Source: Myxococcales bacterium (GTDB lineage Bacteria; Myxococcota; UBA727; JABDBI01). From it: a stretch of DNA of 64,000 nt. Below, one piece after another: positions 37,353 to 47,273 of the stretch. How positions within the stretch are numbered: position 1 is the stretch's first letter; each line of letters opens with the position of its first letter. The DNA is taken from positions 51,825 to 115,824 of the forward strand of contig JAHFEG010000002.1 of assembly GCA_023248595.1 (NCBI GenBank), written 5' to 3'. Under the pieces are notes generated by a model. The model had not been told where the DNA came from and did no database searches. It saw only the letters and a list, made by a program, of their open reading frames with translations. The position numbers and the translations under genes are program-made.

Positions 37353-38192
37353 GTGTTTATGATAAAAGCTGGCGAATTCATTGGCGACTACTTGCTCATG
37401 CAAAAGATGAACCCTTCTGAAAAAACAACTGTTATTTATTCTGCTAAACATAAAAAAAGCGCTATTTATGTTGCTCTTAAAATTTTTGACACCCAAAACC
37501 AAGTTGCTTTTGAACATTTTGTTTGCGAAGTTCAAATCTTAAAAAAGTTGAACCACCCTAATGTCATTCGCATTCTCGATTCAGGTCAAATCCCCAATTT
37601 TGCCTATCTTGTAACAGAGTTTTTAGAGGGCGTTCACTTAAATAGAATTACCCCAAAAAACATAGGACTTCCTTTCAAAACTCTTTGGCCATTTATTGAG
37701 CAAATAGGCCTTGGGCTAAACGCTATTCATCAAGCTCAAATTGTCCATCTTGATTTGAAACCATCTAATATTTTGCTGACCCACCAAGAAAATCTTGATC
37801 CTCTCATTAAAATTATTGATTTTGATATTGCGAAAGATATTCATGCACCTTGCGATAGTTCAAAGGAAAAGCCGTGGGGAACTCCTGGATACATTGCCCC
37901 AGAACGGATTTTAAAAGAAAGCAAAGCAGATATTCGTTCTGACATATATGCCTTTGGCGCCGTACTTGCATTTTTATTAACAGGTCAAAAACCTTTTGCG
38001 GGTGAAACCGCAGAACAAATCTTAGCCAAACAGCTAAGCCAGTGGCCAGACGTCATGAACGATTCCTATTTGGGAGAATCGCTCGAATTGCAAAAAATTG
38101 TGTCTCAAGCCATGCAGAAAAATCCAGATAATCGCTTCCAAAATGTCTCAGAAATGATGAAAGCGCTTTTGATATACAGCCATTCTTCTTAA
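37353..38192 (+). CDS. Hanks-type Ser/Thr protein kinase, catalytic domain only
   Basis: Motifs: VAIK-like YVALKIF, the HRD-type loop VHLDLKPSNILL, the DFG-type IDFDIAKD, and APE in GTPGYIAPE. At 279 aa it has no TM or sensor domains. Confidence 0.75.
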   Translation: MFMIKAGEFIGDYLLMQKMNPSEKTTVIYSAKHKKSAIYVALKIFDTQNQVAFEHFVCEVQILKKLNHPNVIRILDSGQIPNFAYLVTEFLEGVHLNRITPKNIGLPFKTLWPFIEQIGLGLNAIHQAQIVHLDLKPSNILLTHQENLDPLIKIIDFDIAKDIHAPCDSSKEKPWGTPGYIAPERILKESKADIRSDIYAFGAVLAFLLTGQKPFAGETAEQILAKQLSQWPDVMNDSYLGESLELQKIVSQAMQKNPDNRFQNVSEMMKALLIYSHSS

Positions 38193-38413
38193 AGCGAAGT
38201 TTTCAAAAGACCCAACACGTTATTGGTGATCGTTTTGCATATGGCATCAAGAGGCAAATAAATGATTGGACTCCGGATGATGAGCAAGCGAGCTTAAATC
38301 AACAGGAGGCATATATGAGGAAACATCTTGATGCATATTAGAATCCTGCCTCAAGGAGTATTTCTACATCGAAGCACAATTGGATATTTTTTTTACTCTG
38401 ATCGCAATTGCAT

Positions 38414-39991
38414 CTAGAAATCCGGTTGTGCCGATAAAATATCAGTGCTCACTTCTTTTTCATATTCTTTAAAATTAGTTTGAAACAATTGCACCAGATG
38501 CTTTGCTTGCTGATCATATAAATTTTGATCATGCCAAGCATGTCGCGGATCAAGTATTTCAAGAGGCACTCCCGACACTTCTGCTGGAATTCCAACTTTA
38601 AAATATGGATGAGGATTAAACTTAGTGTTTTTTAAAGCTCCTGATAACGCCGCTAAGAGCAAAGACCTAGTCCAACTAATTTTCATACGGCTGCCCACAC
38701 CATAAGGGCCACCAGACCACCCAGTATTAACCAACCAACAATCTACCTCGTGATTTGCAATTTTTTCACCAAGAATCTTGGCATACACTTGAGGATGTCG
38801 CGGCATAAAGGGCGCCCCAAAACAAGCAGAAAACACGGCTGTCGGTTCAGTAATCCCTCGTTCAGTGCCTGCTACTTTTGCGGTATAACCACTAATAAAA
38901 TGATACATGGCTTGCTCGGGTGTCAACCTGGACAAGGGAGGCAACACGCCAAACGCATCACACGTTAGCATAACGATATGCTTGGGATGATCTCCGAGCC
39001 CCGATAAATAGGCGTTTAAAATTTCAGAAATTGGATAACTCGCCCTGGTATTCTCTGTGTAGCGATCGTCCATCAAATCAAGTTTGCGCGTCTCTGGATG
39101 CATCACCACATTCTCTAAAATGGTACCAAAAGTTTGTGTGGTTTTAAAAATCTCTGGTTCATCTTGGGGATTTAAACGAATCACTTTCGCATAACATCCA
39201 CCTTCAAAATTAAAGATACCGTCGTCATTCCATCCATGCTCATCATCACCAATTAATTGACGCAATGGATCAGCCGATAATGTTGTTTTTCCAGTACCGC
39301 TTAAGCCAAAAAATATTGCAACATCGTTGTCCTTTCCAATATTTGCAGAGCAATGCATGCCTAAGATGTTTTTGGCTGGCAATAAATAATTGAGCACAGA
39401 AAAAATGCTTTTTTTAATCTCGCCCGCGTACTCCGTTCCACAAATCAAAACTTGTTTAAGAGAAAAATCAATAATAACCGCAACTTCCGAATTCGTTCCG
39501 TCTCTTGTAGGATTCGCTTTAAATCCTGGCGCATGAATCACGGTGAAGTCTGGTATAAATTCTGCTAAATCATCTGATGATGGATCAATAAACATGTTTT
39601 TAGCAAACAAAGCATGCCATGCCCTTTCTGCAATTACCCGTACACGAAGTCGGTGTTTTGGGCTGGCGCCTGCAAAAGAATCCTGCACAAACAAATCACG
39701 TGTTTTTAAATAGTCCTGCATGCGCTGGCGAAGTTTTGTACTTAAATCTGCAGAAATAGGCTTATTAATCTTACCCCACCAAACAGTATTTTCAGTCGTC
39801 TCATCTTGCACAATGAACTTATCGTTTGGGGATCGTCCGGTGTATTTACCCGTTCGAATAACCAGGGCACCTTTATGACTAAAGTACCCCTCCTCTCGCT
39901 TAATCGCATGCTCAGCGAGAGAAGAAGCGGAGAGATTGCTCAACACGGTTTTGGCTCCATCTAGTCCAGCATGTCTTAAGTCGACAACCAT
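38414..39991 (-). CDS. pckA: Phosphoenolpyruvate carboxykinase (ATP-dependent)
   Basis: The kinase-1a P-loop is FFGLSGTGKTTLS. The 525-aa length and the ATP-PEPCK pattern hold throughout. Confidence 0.9.
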   Translation of the reverse strand: MVVDLRHAGLDGAKTVLSNLSASSLAEHAIKREEGYFSHKGALVIRTGKYTGRSPNDKFIVQDETTENTVWWGKINKPISADLSTKLRQRMQDYLKTRDLFVQDSFAGASPKHRLRVRVIAERAWHALFAKNMFIDPSSDDLAEFIPDFTVIHAPGFKANPTRDGTNSEVAVIIDFSLKQVLICGTEYAGEIKKSIFSVLNYLLPAKNILGMHCSANIGKDNDVAIFFGLSGTGKTTLSADPLRQLIGDDEHGWNDDGIFNFEGGCYAKVIRLNPQDEPEIFKTTQTFGTILENVVMHPETRKLDLMDDRYTENTRASYPISEILNAYLSGLGDHPKHIVMLTCDAFGVLPPLSRLTPEQAMYHFISGYTAKVAGTERGITEPTAVFSACFGAPFMPRHPQVYAKILGEKIANHEVDCWLVNTGWSGGPYGVGSRMKISWTRSLLLAALSGALKNTKFNPHPYFKVGIPAEVSGVPLEILDPRHAWHDQNLYDQQAKHLVQLFQTNFKEYEKEVSTDILSAQPDF

Positions 39992-40120
39992 CTTATCCCC
40001 TAATTGCGAGAGATTAAAAACTGTCTACTAGACAATTTCTAATCTCATTGAACAACAATATTTGAAAGAGTATTAACGTGCTCATCGCAACATCTCATCG
40101 GATATTTGTCGCAAAACCAA

Positions 40121-40474
40121 TTACCCTGGAGGCCATTGCATTGGTCGGCCACCCAATAAATGCAAATGAATATGAAGTACAGACTGCCCGGCTGCTGGAC
40201 CGGTATTCAGCACCAATCTAAATCCCGATCTATCTATTTTTTGTTGTTTTGCAAGATCTTTTGCCAGCAAAATCATCTCACCGAGCAAAAGGCTTTGTGC
40301 TAGATTTAAATCGTTTACCGAAGCAATATGCACTTTGGGGACGATTAAAATATGTGTCGGTGCGGCAGGAGATACATCAAAAAAAGCAATCAGATTTTCT
40401 GTTTCAGTGATGACATTTGCCGGTATTTCCTGACGAATAATTTTGCAAAAAATACAGTCGTGTACCAACTCCAT
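40121..40474 (-). CDS. HIT-family (histidine triad) hydrolase
   Basis: HxHxHxx is present (HIHLHLLGG), and the N-terminal segment is DCIFCKII. Confidence 0.8.
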   Translation of the reverse strand: MELVHDCIFCKIIRQEIPANVITETENLIAFFDVSPAAPTHILIVPKVHIASVNDLNLAQSLLLGEMILLAKDLAKQQKIDRSGFRLVLNTGPAAGQSVLHIHLHLLGGRPMQWPPG

Positions 40475-40489
40475 ATTCTTAGAACCTCG

Positions 40490-42010
40490 CTACCAATCCA
40501 GAACACGTTCAATATTAAGCGCTTGCTCTGCTGCAAATGCGACATTCATCAAAGTTGACTCTTCAAAAGGTCGTCCAATAATTTGCGTGCTGAGCGGTAA
40601 TCCATGCTTGGAAAAACCTGTTAAAAATGACATCCCAGGAAGACCCGCAAGATTAACGCTCACAGTAAAAATATCGTTCAAGTACATTTGCATCGGATCA
40701 TCAGTTTTTTCGCCAATACGAAATGCAGGTGTCGGCGTAGTTGGACAAACAATCACATCTACTTCTTGAAACGCCTTTTTAAAATCATCAGCAAAAAGAC
40801 GTCGCACTTTTTGTGCACGCAAATAATACGCATCATAATAGCCAGCGCTTAAGACATAAGTTCCCAGCAAAATACGCCTTTTGACTTCTGGGCCAAACAG
40901 CTGTCCACGGGTTTCTTCGTACATAGACAATAAACCGCTTCCATCTCCTAAACGTGGCCCATAACGCACACCATCATAACGCGACAAATTAGAAGATGCT
41001 TCGGCTGTGGCAATCACATAATAAGTTGCTATTCCATGAGGCGTATTTGGAAGAGAAACTTCCTTTATTTCAGCACCAAGAATACGCAAAGCTTCAATCG
41101 ATTTTTGCACAGACTCTCTAACTTCTTCATCCAAACCTTCGACAAAATATTCGCGCGGAATGCCAATCTTAAGGCCTTTCACGTCGCCCGTCAAAGCATG
41201 CAAGTAATTAGGAACTTCATTCTTGACAGATGTAGAATCGAGCGCATCATGCCCTGCTATCGCCTGCAACATCATCGCTGTGCCACTGACATCTTTGGCA
41301 AAGGGCCCGACTTGATCCAGTGAACTGGCATAAGCAACAACACCCTGACGAGACACCCGACCGTAAGTCGGTTTAAGACCAGCAACACCACAAAATGCAG
41401 CTGGTTGCCGAATCGATCCACCTGTATCCGTCCCAAGCGTCCCAAAAACAAAGCCAGCGGCAACCGCTGCTGCAGACCCTCCTGAAGACCCTCCTGGTGA
41501 ACGAGAAAAGTCCCAAGGATTTTTACATACTTTGTAGGCACTTGTTTCTGTCGATGAACCCATGGCAAATTCATCTTGATTTAATTTGCCCATCATAATG
41601 GCACCAGCGGTTTTTAATTTCGTCACAACCGTTGCATCACAAGGAGGTTTATATCCTTCTAAAATTTTACTACCAGCAGTCGTGGCCACCCCTTTTGTCA
41701 GCATCATATCTTTGACTGCAACAGGTATACCATCTAAAAGCCCTAATGTTTTCTTCGCTTTTCGACGTGTATCTGAGGCATCAGCGGCCAGCAATGCTTC
41801 TTCTTCTGTTAAGCAAAGAAAAGCACCAAGATTGGCATCATGTTGACGAATGCGCTTGAAGCAAGATTCGGTTAATTCACGACTCGAGATTTCTCCCGAT
41901 AAAAGACGTTTGCTTGCTTCATGCAACGTCCACGTTTTAATTTTCGTTTCGCTCATGCTTTTTAATTCCTTACTCAATAATCTTAGGCACTTTAATGAGC
42001 CCATCTTCAT
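40490..42010 (-). CDS. gatA: Glu-tRNA(Gln) amidotransferase subunit A
   Basis: The amidase signature is GGSSGGSAAAVAAG, and the Ser-cisSer-Lys triad context is conserved. An alternative start lies at 41956. Confidence 0.9.
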   Translation of the reverse strand: MKMGSLKCLRLLSKELKSMSETKIKTWTLHEASKRLLSGEISSRELTESCFKRIRQHDANLGAFLCLTEEEALLAADASDTRRKAKKTLGLLDGIPVAVKDMMLTKGVATTAGSKILEGYKPPCDATVVTKLKTAGAIMMGKLNQDEFAMGSSTETSAYKVCKNPWDFSRSPGGSSGGSAAAVAAGFVFGTLGTDTGGSIRQPAAFCGVAGLKPTYGRVSRQGVVAYASSLDQVGPFAKDVSGTAMMLQAIAGHDALDSTSVKNEVPNYLHALTGDVKGLKIGIPREYFVEGLDEEVRESVQKSIEALRILGAEIKEVSLPNTPHGIATYYVIATAEASSNLSRYDGVRYGPRLGDGSGLLSMYEETRGQLFGPEVKRRILLGTYVLSAGYYDAYYLRAQKVRRLFADDFKKAFQEVDVIVCPTTPTPAFRIGEKTDDPMQMYLNDIFTVSVNLAGLPGMSFLTGFSKHGLPLSTQIIGRPFEESTLMNVAFAAEQALNIERVLDW

Positions 42011-42254
42011 AACCTGCAGAACCTATTAACCCCTGGCGACCTACGCTGGGCATTTGCTCGTCTGCTCGAAGACTTAAGTCTAACGGGACTGCATGTGTCA
42101 TAGGCTCTACACCTTCAATATCTACTTTTTGTAGACTATCCACATATTTAGTTATCTCACCTAAATGATGCTGCATGTGTTTTACTTCTTCATCGTTCAG
42201 AGATAATCTTGCCAATCGCGCCAATTTTCGAACTTCTGCTATTTCAAAAACCAT
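41970..42254 (-). CDS. gatC: Glu-tRNA(Gln) amidotransferase subunit C
   Basis: 94 aa; MVFEIAEVRKLARLARLSLNDEEV... is a typical GatC opening. It lies directly 5' of gatA. Confidence 0.7.
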   Translation of the reverse strand: MVFEIAEVRKLARLARLSLNDEEVKHMQHHLGEITKYVDSLQKVDIEGVEPMTHAVPLDLSLRADEQMPSVGRQGLIGSAGYEDGLIKVPKIIE

Positions 42255-42318
42255 TATTTTTCCTATAAGATGCGGTATCCTGTACGATGAAAATCACCAT
42301 GAAAAGGGGGTTGCCTTA

Positions 42319-42837
42319 ATGAACTTAAACCTTTTGTTATATCTTTTCGCCACATTGACGTTGAGTGGCGCGGTCGGTGTCGTATTTTTTCGTCACTTTT
42401 TATATGGCATTTTATCTTTACTGCTAACTCTGCTTAGTTTATGCGGGCTTCTATACATGATAGGAGCAGAAATTCTAAGCGCCATGTTATTTTGGCATCT
42501 AGGGATAACGAGTATATTAGTTCTTTTGCACACCTTTTTTCTGATTGGTCCACAAAATAGCCATAAATCTCCCAGACGTCTCGTCCCCGGCAAATTCTTT
42601 TTTGTAGTTGCAGTGCTTTACACAGCCACCTTTCTTATCGGCATCCCTTCTTTTCATGTTTTTAAAATTAATCCCGCACCTATTGATATCAAGGTTCTTT
42701 ATCATCTTTTCCAAACAGAACATGCTTTTGCCATTTTCTTGCTTCTTTCCCTAACCCCATTTATTCTCATCAGTAGCCTATTGCTCATCAGACAAGATAA
42801 AAACAGAAACAAAGAAATAAACAGCGTTGGACACTAG
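42319..42837 (+). CDS. NuoJ/ND6-like small polytopic membrane protein
   Basis: AAGGGGG lies 8 nt before the ATG. The pattern MNLNLLLYLFATLTLSGAVGVVFF...GAEILSAMLFW resembles NuoJ (ND6) helices 1-3. It sits immediately upstream of the NuoK-like gene. Confidence 0.45.
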   Translation: MNLNLLLYLFATLTLSGAVGVVFFRHFLYGILSLLLTLLSLCGLLYMIGAEILSAMLFWHLGITSILVLLHTFFLIGPQNSHKSPRRLVPGKFFFVVAVLYTATFLIGIPSFHVFKINPAPIDIKVLYHLFQTEHAFAIFLLLSLTPFILISSLLLIRQDKNRNKEINSVGH

Positions 42838-42886
42838 CACTTCTTTTTGGTTAAAACTAAAATGAAACTTAAAGCAGGGCTTTAAA

Positions 42887-43186
42887 ATGCCATTCAATCT
42901 TCTCTTCATTTTATCTGGCGCATTAATGATTCTAGGCATTTGTGGTGCCTTGTGTCGTCGGAATTTACTTGCCATTTCCTTATGTTTGCATGTCGCCTTC
43001 CTGGGCATCATTCTTTTGATCGCGACTTGTTTTGTGGAACATGGTGACATCAAAAATATTTCGTTGGCGCTTATTTTAATTGCGATCTTCTCGCTGCAAA
43101 TGATGTTTACAGGCGGCCTCGTTATTTTTATATATCGCAATCAGGGCACTCTTCATATTGATGAAATGAGGCAACTACGTGGTTAA
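42887..43186 (+). CDS. nuoK: NuoK/ND4L-like 3-TM subunit
   Basis: 99 aa. ...CRRNLLAISLCLHVAFLGIILL...ALILIAIFSLQMMFTGGLVIFIYRNQGTLHIDEMRQLRG aligns with NuoK (RRNLL...LE.M...AAE...GLAL...R...L.ID...EMRG), but the conserved acidic residues are altered. Confidence 0.65.
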   Translation: MPFNLLFILSGALMILGICGALCRRNLLAISLCLHVAFLGIILLIATCFVEHGDIKNISLALILIAIFSLQMMFTGGLVIFIYRNQGTLHIDEMRQLRG

Positions 43187-43192
43187 ACGCTT

Positions 43193-44452
43193 ATGACAAC
43201 GTCAATCAATTTATGGGCCATGATAGGATCTTACTTATTAGCAGCCATCTTGTCGCCCATCACTGTTCGACTTCTAAAAACATTGAAAAACAAATTTTTT
43301 ATTATTTCTATTTGCATACTTAATCTGATCTTATGTCTCCAAATTAGCGCCAGTGCTTATTGGAATTCTGTTTCCCTTTCTGCTCTTCAAACAACATGGC
43401 CACCCATTTCTTTTGACTTAAGCTCCTTTGCGCCTTGGAGTTACTTCGGCGCTGCTTTATCGTTGGGCGGGGGGCTGGCCATTTTTTTTATTTCTAGGCA
43501 AGATTTTCATAAAACCTCTGTTTTATTCTTAATTGAATTAGCCTTTTTAGAAACGCTTCTATTTTCAAATCACATCATCATCACTGCTACTTTGACTGTT
43601 TTGTCCGGACTGCTCAGCAGCATTCCATTTTGTTTTAGTCATCAAGCAGACAAACAAGTAAACACCCTCACATCTATTTTATTATGGCATCGCTTTAGTG
43701 ATTTGCTTCTTTTATTCAGCATTGCTTCTTGGAAAATGAATATTTCAATTGACTGGTGCGCCTCACTTTTTCTCATCGGCATTTTCATACGAACTTCTCC
43801 TTTAATGCTCGCACGACCTCTTCAGCTTAATTTAACTGCCATCTCGCCTGTTGCACGCACTTTTTATTTCTTTTCAATGGGCCTTGGCGGCGCTGTTCTT
43901 TTAATGAAAAGCGATTTGTTTTTTTTGATCCCTCAACACATAAGAATGTTTTTTATTTTACTGTATATTTTGTCGGCTATTTTCGCTTTTATTCGTATCT
44001 TCTTAAATCAAAATAACCTATTGATTCGCGCTGACATTGCATCTTTATGGATAGCGCTTTTCTATACCGCCATCTTAGCAGATGCATCTCACATCGCCTG
44101 TTTGTTTTTTATAAGCGCATGCTTGTTCTTTCCATTTTTATTTAATTGGGGGTTACACATAAACCCAACAATCGTCAAAGAAGAACCCTTATGGAAATTG
44201 CTCATTTTATCAGGCTGGAGAATAGACAGTTTGATAGAAATCATTTTTTTAAAAACAACGTGGTGCTTTGCTTATTTCACTAAAGAGATTGTCTCTGTAT
44301 TCATTTATATTCTATGGATACAAATTCCACAAATCAGCTTCAGTTTTGTGCAGATACTTTTAAGAATTTTAAATGCAGGCGGTGCTCAAAAAGCCATTAC
44401 GGTTGTTATATTAGGCTTAATTTTATTTCTTATTCACTACGTCGGAATTTAA
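43193..44452 (+). CDS. Polytopic membrane protein in the NuoL/MrpA-like position of the cluster (highly diverged)
   Basis: 419 aa with 11-12 predicted TM helices. It starts 6 nt after the NuoK-like stop. No WLPDA-type motif is recognisable. Confidence 0.35.
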   Translation: MTTSINLWAMIGSYLLAAILSPITVRLLKTLKNKFFIISICILNLILCLQISASAYWNSVSLSALQTTWPPISFDLSSFAPWSYFGAALSLGGGLAIFFISRQDFHKTSVLFLIELAFLETLLFSNHIIITATLTVLSGLLSSIPFCFSHQADKQVNTLTSILLWHRFSDLLLLFSIASWKMNISIDWCASLFLIGIFIRTSPLMLARPLQLNLTAISPVARTFYFFSMGLGGAVLLMKSDLFFLIPQHIRMFFILLYILSAIFAFIRIFLNQNNLLIRADIASLWIALFYTAILADASHIACLFFISACLFFPFLFNWGLHINPTIVKEEPLWKLLILSGWRIDSLIEIIFLKTTWCFAYFTKEIVSVFIYILWIQIPQISFSFVQILLRILNAGGAQKAITVVILGLILFLIHYVGI

Positions 44453-44454
44453 GT

Positions 44455-45840
44455 ATGACAATATCAGACAGCCAATTACTGCTCTTTTTGATCACTATCC
44501 CTGTTTTTTCAGCCATTTTTGTTTCGTGTGTTCCTCATTTTGATATGTCATCTGTAAGGCAAATTGCCACAACAATCCTAATTGTCTGGCTCGCACTTCT
44601 TCTTAAATGCGGTCATACACTTTTCCACCAAGTCACGCAAATTTCCTGGCATTTTAATGTTTCCTTATGGCTTGATAATAATATACTTAGTCTATCTCTG
44701 GGGCAACTTCAGTTGGTTTTATTACTCGCTCTTTGGTGCGCATTATTTAGCCTATTTTTTTTGAACAAATATACCATCGAAAACAATGGGCTATCTTTTA
44801 CCGTTATGACTTTGCTGCTGCTTGCTTTATCAACGCTAGCTATTTTATCATCCACCCCTGCCATCTCTCTTGTAACGGCAAGTTTAAGTTTATTTCTATT
44901 TCTTTACTTAGTCGCTCGCTTTGGTGGCACTCAAAAAGGTCAAGCGATCCTCCTCAGTAGTTTATTTTTTTTAGCCGTAGACCTTTGCTCTATTTCTGCC
45001 CTCTTTTTGCCAAAAACCATTTGGCAGTCACAAGGCTTTTATCTTTATTGGATAGCCCTCACACCTGCTCTTGCGCGCCTATTAATTCCATTTTTTGCAC
45101 CATTTTCTCGCATACTGTTCAATAATTGTTCTATTGCAATCATTATTTTGTACATTGCTTTTATGGTGCCCACTGGTGCAGCCTTACTATTTCAGCTCAA
45201 AAGCATACTTCTACTTTATCAGCCCATCACGATTTTAAACCCTATCCTCTCTATTTTGGTTTTTGGCAGTGTTCTTTTTAGTGCGTTCTGGGCGATTTCA
45301 GAAAAAGATCCTAGACAACTGGGCCTGACATTGCTTGTCTTCTATAATGCTATTTTCATCAGTTTTGCCCTCGTTCCTATCGATGGATACTTAACGAAAC
45401 TATCAACCTATCTGCTTTTTTGCACAATCATCTGTGCGTCTTTTACGCTGCTTGTCGGACAATTGCTTTTTGTTAGGCATGGCCCCCAATTAAATAACAT
45501 GACCATCAACCACCTCTGGCTGGCTAGCTTGGCAATTTGGTTTCCTTTGCCTGGCTTTGGAATGGGCACACCCTTCTGGTTAGGTTATACGCATTTATTG
45601 ACACCTACTTTTCTGTCTCCTGCTCTTCACGTCCTTTTTTGGTTAATCGTTTTTTTATTATTAACCACAGCCTTGGTTCAAAATTATTTTCGCCATACAG
45701 AACCTCAAAATGCAATCAGCAGTATCGCCGAATTGCGATCACGCACTCTTCCTTCTTTTAAATACGTTTGGACGACCTTCACTATCGTCTTGCTTTTGTG
45801 TTTTGTTAGCTCAACCTACTTCTTGAATGCAGGTGTCTAA
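44455..45840 (+). CDS. Polytopic membrane protein in the NuoM-like position of the cluster (highly diverged)
   Basis: About 460 aa counted from the first ATG after the upstream stop, with 13-14 predicted TM helices and no conserved antiporter motif that I recognise. Confidence 0.35.
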   Translation: MTISDSQLLLFLITIPVFSAIFVSCVPHFDMSSVRQIATTILIVWLALLLKCGHTLFHQVTQISWHFNVSLWLDNNILSLSLGQLQLVLLLALWCALFSLFFLNKYTIENNGLSFTVMTLLLLALSTLAILSSTPAISLVTASLSLFLFLYLVARFGGTQKGQAILLSSLFFLAVDLCSISALFLPKTIWQSQGFYLYWIALTPALARLLIPFFAPFSRILFNNCSIAIIILYIAFMVPTGAALLFQLKSILLLYQPITILNPILSILVFGSVLFSAFWAISEKDPRQLGLTLLVFYNAIFISFALVPIDGYLTKLSTYLLFCTIICASFTLLVGQLLFVRHGPQLNNMTINHLWLASLAIWFPLPGFGMGTPFWLGYTHLLTPTFLSPALHVLFWLIVFLLLTTALVQNYFRHTEPQNAISSIAELRSRTLPSFKYVWTTFTIVLLLCFVSSTYFLNAGV

Positions 45841-47273
45841 TGTTAAATGTACCAACCCCTATATTGGTGGCATCGATAACATTGCTACTCAGCGCTATTT
45901 TATGCCTATTACTAGAGGTTGCTGGCGTCAAAGAAGGATTTAAAAAAACAGGAAATAAACCACACATCGTTCTACTTGTTTTTTTATCAGTTATCAGTAT
46001 TAGTATCTACATCATAACGAGCCCTACTTCAGAGTTTAATCTCATATTTGCTTTCGATTTAACAGCAAAATGGGGCATTTTTTTTTCTTGCTTAATGACT
46101 CTTTTTTGCCTGGTCTTAAGCGTGTTAGAATCTCGCAGTTTACGTCAAGAACGAGGTGAAAAATACGCGCTTTTATTAGTCGCGTTAATGCTTACTATCG
46201 TCATATGCATGACAAAAGATATCTTATATTTTATGATATGCGTCAGTCTATGGACTTTGATTATGATTGCGCTTTGCGCTTTTGATAATTATCGTCGTTT
46301 AGGCTCTGAAGCAGCAGCCAAACTTTTCGTAAAAGGCAATTTTTTTCTTATTGCCATGGCTCTCGCAATTGCTTTTTCCTATGCTTGCTCTGGTTCAACT
46401 CAATTTGAACTCATTGCCAATGCAATAAAAGATCCTTCAAATGCCGTCATGGCAAAAATAGCTTGGTCATTTATTTGGATTTTAGTTCTTTCATTTTTCG
46501 GCATTGCTCCCTTTTTCTGGTTTCATGTCGATTATTTAGATGGCGCATCTTCCTTCCCTTCAACAGTTTTTACCTTTGGAAGTTTTATACCTGGCAGCGT
46601 TGTTCTGCTACGTATGATTGAAATTAGTCAAATGACTGATGCGAGCCGGCATGCACTTTGGGATTTGCTTTGGTTTTTTGCTGCACTTTCAATTTTAATT
46701 CCTGGCTTCATGGCGATTGATCAAAGGCGAATCGCCCGTATGTCTGTTTATTTATTCATGCTACAACCTGGACTGTGGCTCACATTGGCTCTATCAATTC
46801 CTACTTTAATCTCGAAAAGCCCTGTTGTTTTTTTCTTGTTTCTCACCAATGTTGCCGTTGCCATTCCCGGTGTTATATTAGGTTTGAATTTTTTAAAAAT
46901 CCCTTCCCACTTAGAGATGACCTGGGAAGATTATGCAGGTGCTGGCCGTAAGCATCCCTTCATTGTCACAGCTTGGCTCATTGCTTTTTCCTCGCTGGCG
47001 GGTATTCCAGGAACATTGGGATTTTATATTCGCTTGAAAGCCTTACAAGATTTGTTTTTAAAGGAAGAATTTTTAGGCGGCGCCCTTATCGTCCTAAGCA
47101 TCATCATTAGCGCAGCACCAGTTGCGAGATTAGCTGTCTTTTTGTTTGCGAAACCTGCACATCATGAATTCAGTCGGCAACATCCAACAAAACACACTGT
47201 TCTTCTTTTTTTATGCGCTGCGGTAATCATCTTCAGCAGCATGTTACCTCAAGCTTTTCTGCAATTTATCTAA
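45840..47273 (+). CDS. NuoN-like antiporter-type membrane subunit (diverged)
   Basis: The segment FGIAPFFWFHVDYLDGASSFPSTVFTFGSFIPG resembles the NuoN/MrpD core (VPFHxWxPDVYEGAPTPVSA). It has ~14 TM helices, and its ATG overlaps the upstream stop. Confidence 0.45.
   Translation: MLNVPTPILVASITLLLSAILCLLLEVAGVKEGFKKTGNKPHIVLLVFLSVISISIYIITSPTSEFNLIFAFDLTAKWGIFFSCLMTLFCLVLSVLESRSLRQERGEKYALLLVALMLTIVICMTKDILYFMICVSLWTLIMIALCAFDNYRRLGSEAAAKLFVKGNFFLIAMALAIAFSYACSGSTQFELIANAIKDPSNAVMAKIAWSFIWILVLSFFGIAPFFWFHVDYLDGASSFPSTVFTFGSFIPGSVVLLRMIEISQMTDASRHALWDLLWFFAALSILIPGFMAIDQRRIARMSVYLFMLQPGLWLTLALSIPTLISKSPVVFFLFLTNVAVAIPGVILGLNFLKIPSHLEMTWEDYAGAGRKHPFIVTAWLIAFSSLAGIPGTLGFYIRLKALQDLFLKEEFLGGALIVLSIIISAAPVARLAVFLFAKPAHHEFSRQHPTKHTVLLFLCAAVIIFSSMLPQAFLQFI

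Noticed and set aside
38193-38413. 220-bp spacer after the kinase gene, searched for a terminator or small RNA
   Set aside because: It holds only weak, imperfect inverted repeats (for example around GCAATTGC) and no stem plus T-tract, so nothing convincing.
40121-42254. gatC-gatA not followed by gatB (a HIT gene and pckA follow instead)
   Set aside because: gatB is frequently encoded elsewhere. Absence from the window is not evidence of absence from the genome.
43193-47273. Alternative reading of the three large membrane proteins as an Mrp (MrpA/D) antiporter operon
   Set aside because: The NuoJ- and NuoK-like genes immediately upstream in canonical order, and the absence of small mrpC/E/F/G-like genes, favour a nuoJKLMN-derived module. 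Profile searches are needed to be sure.
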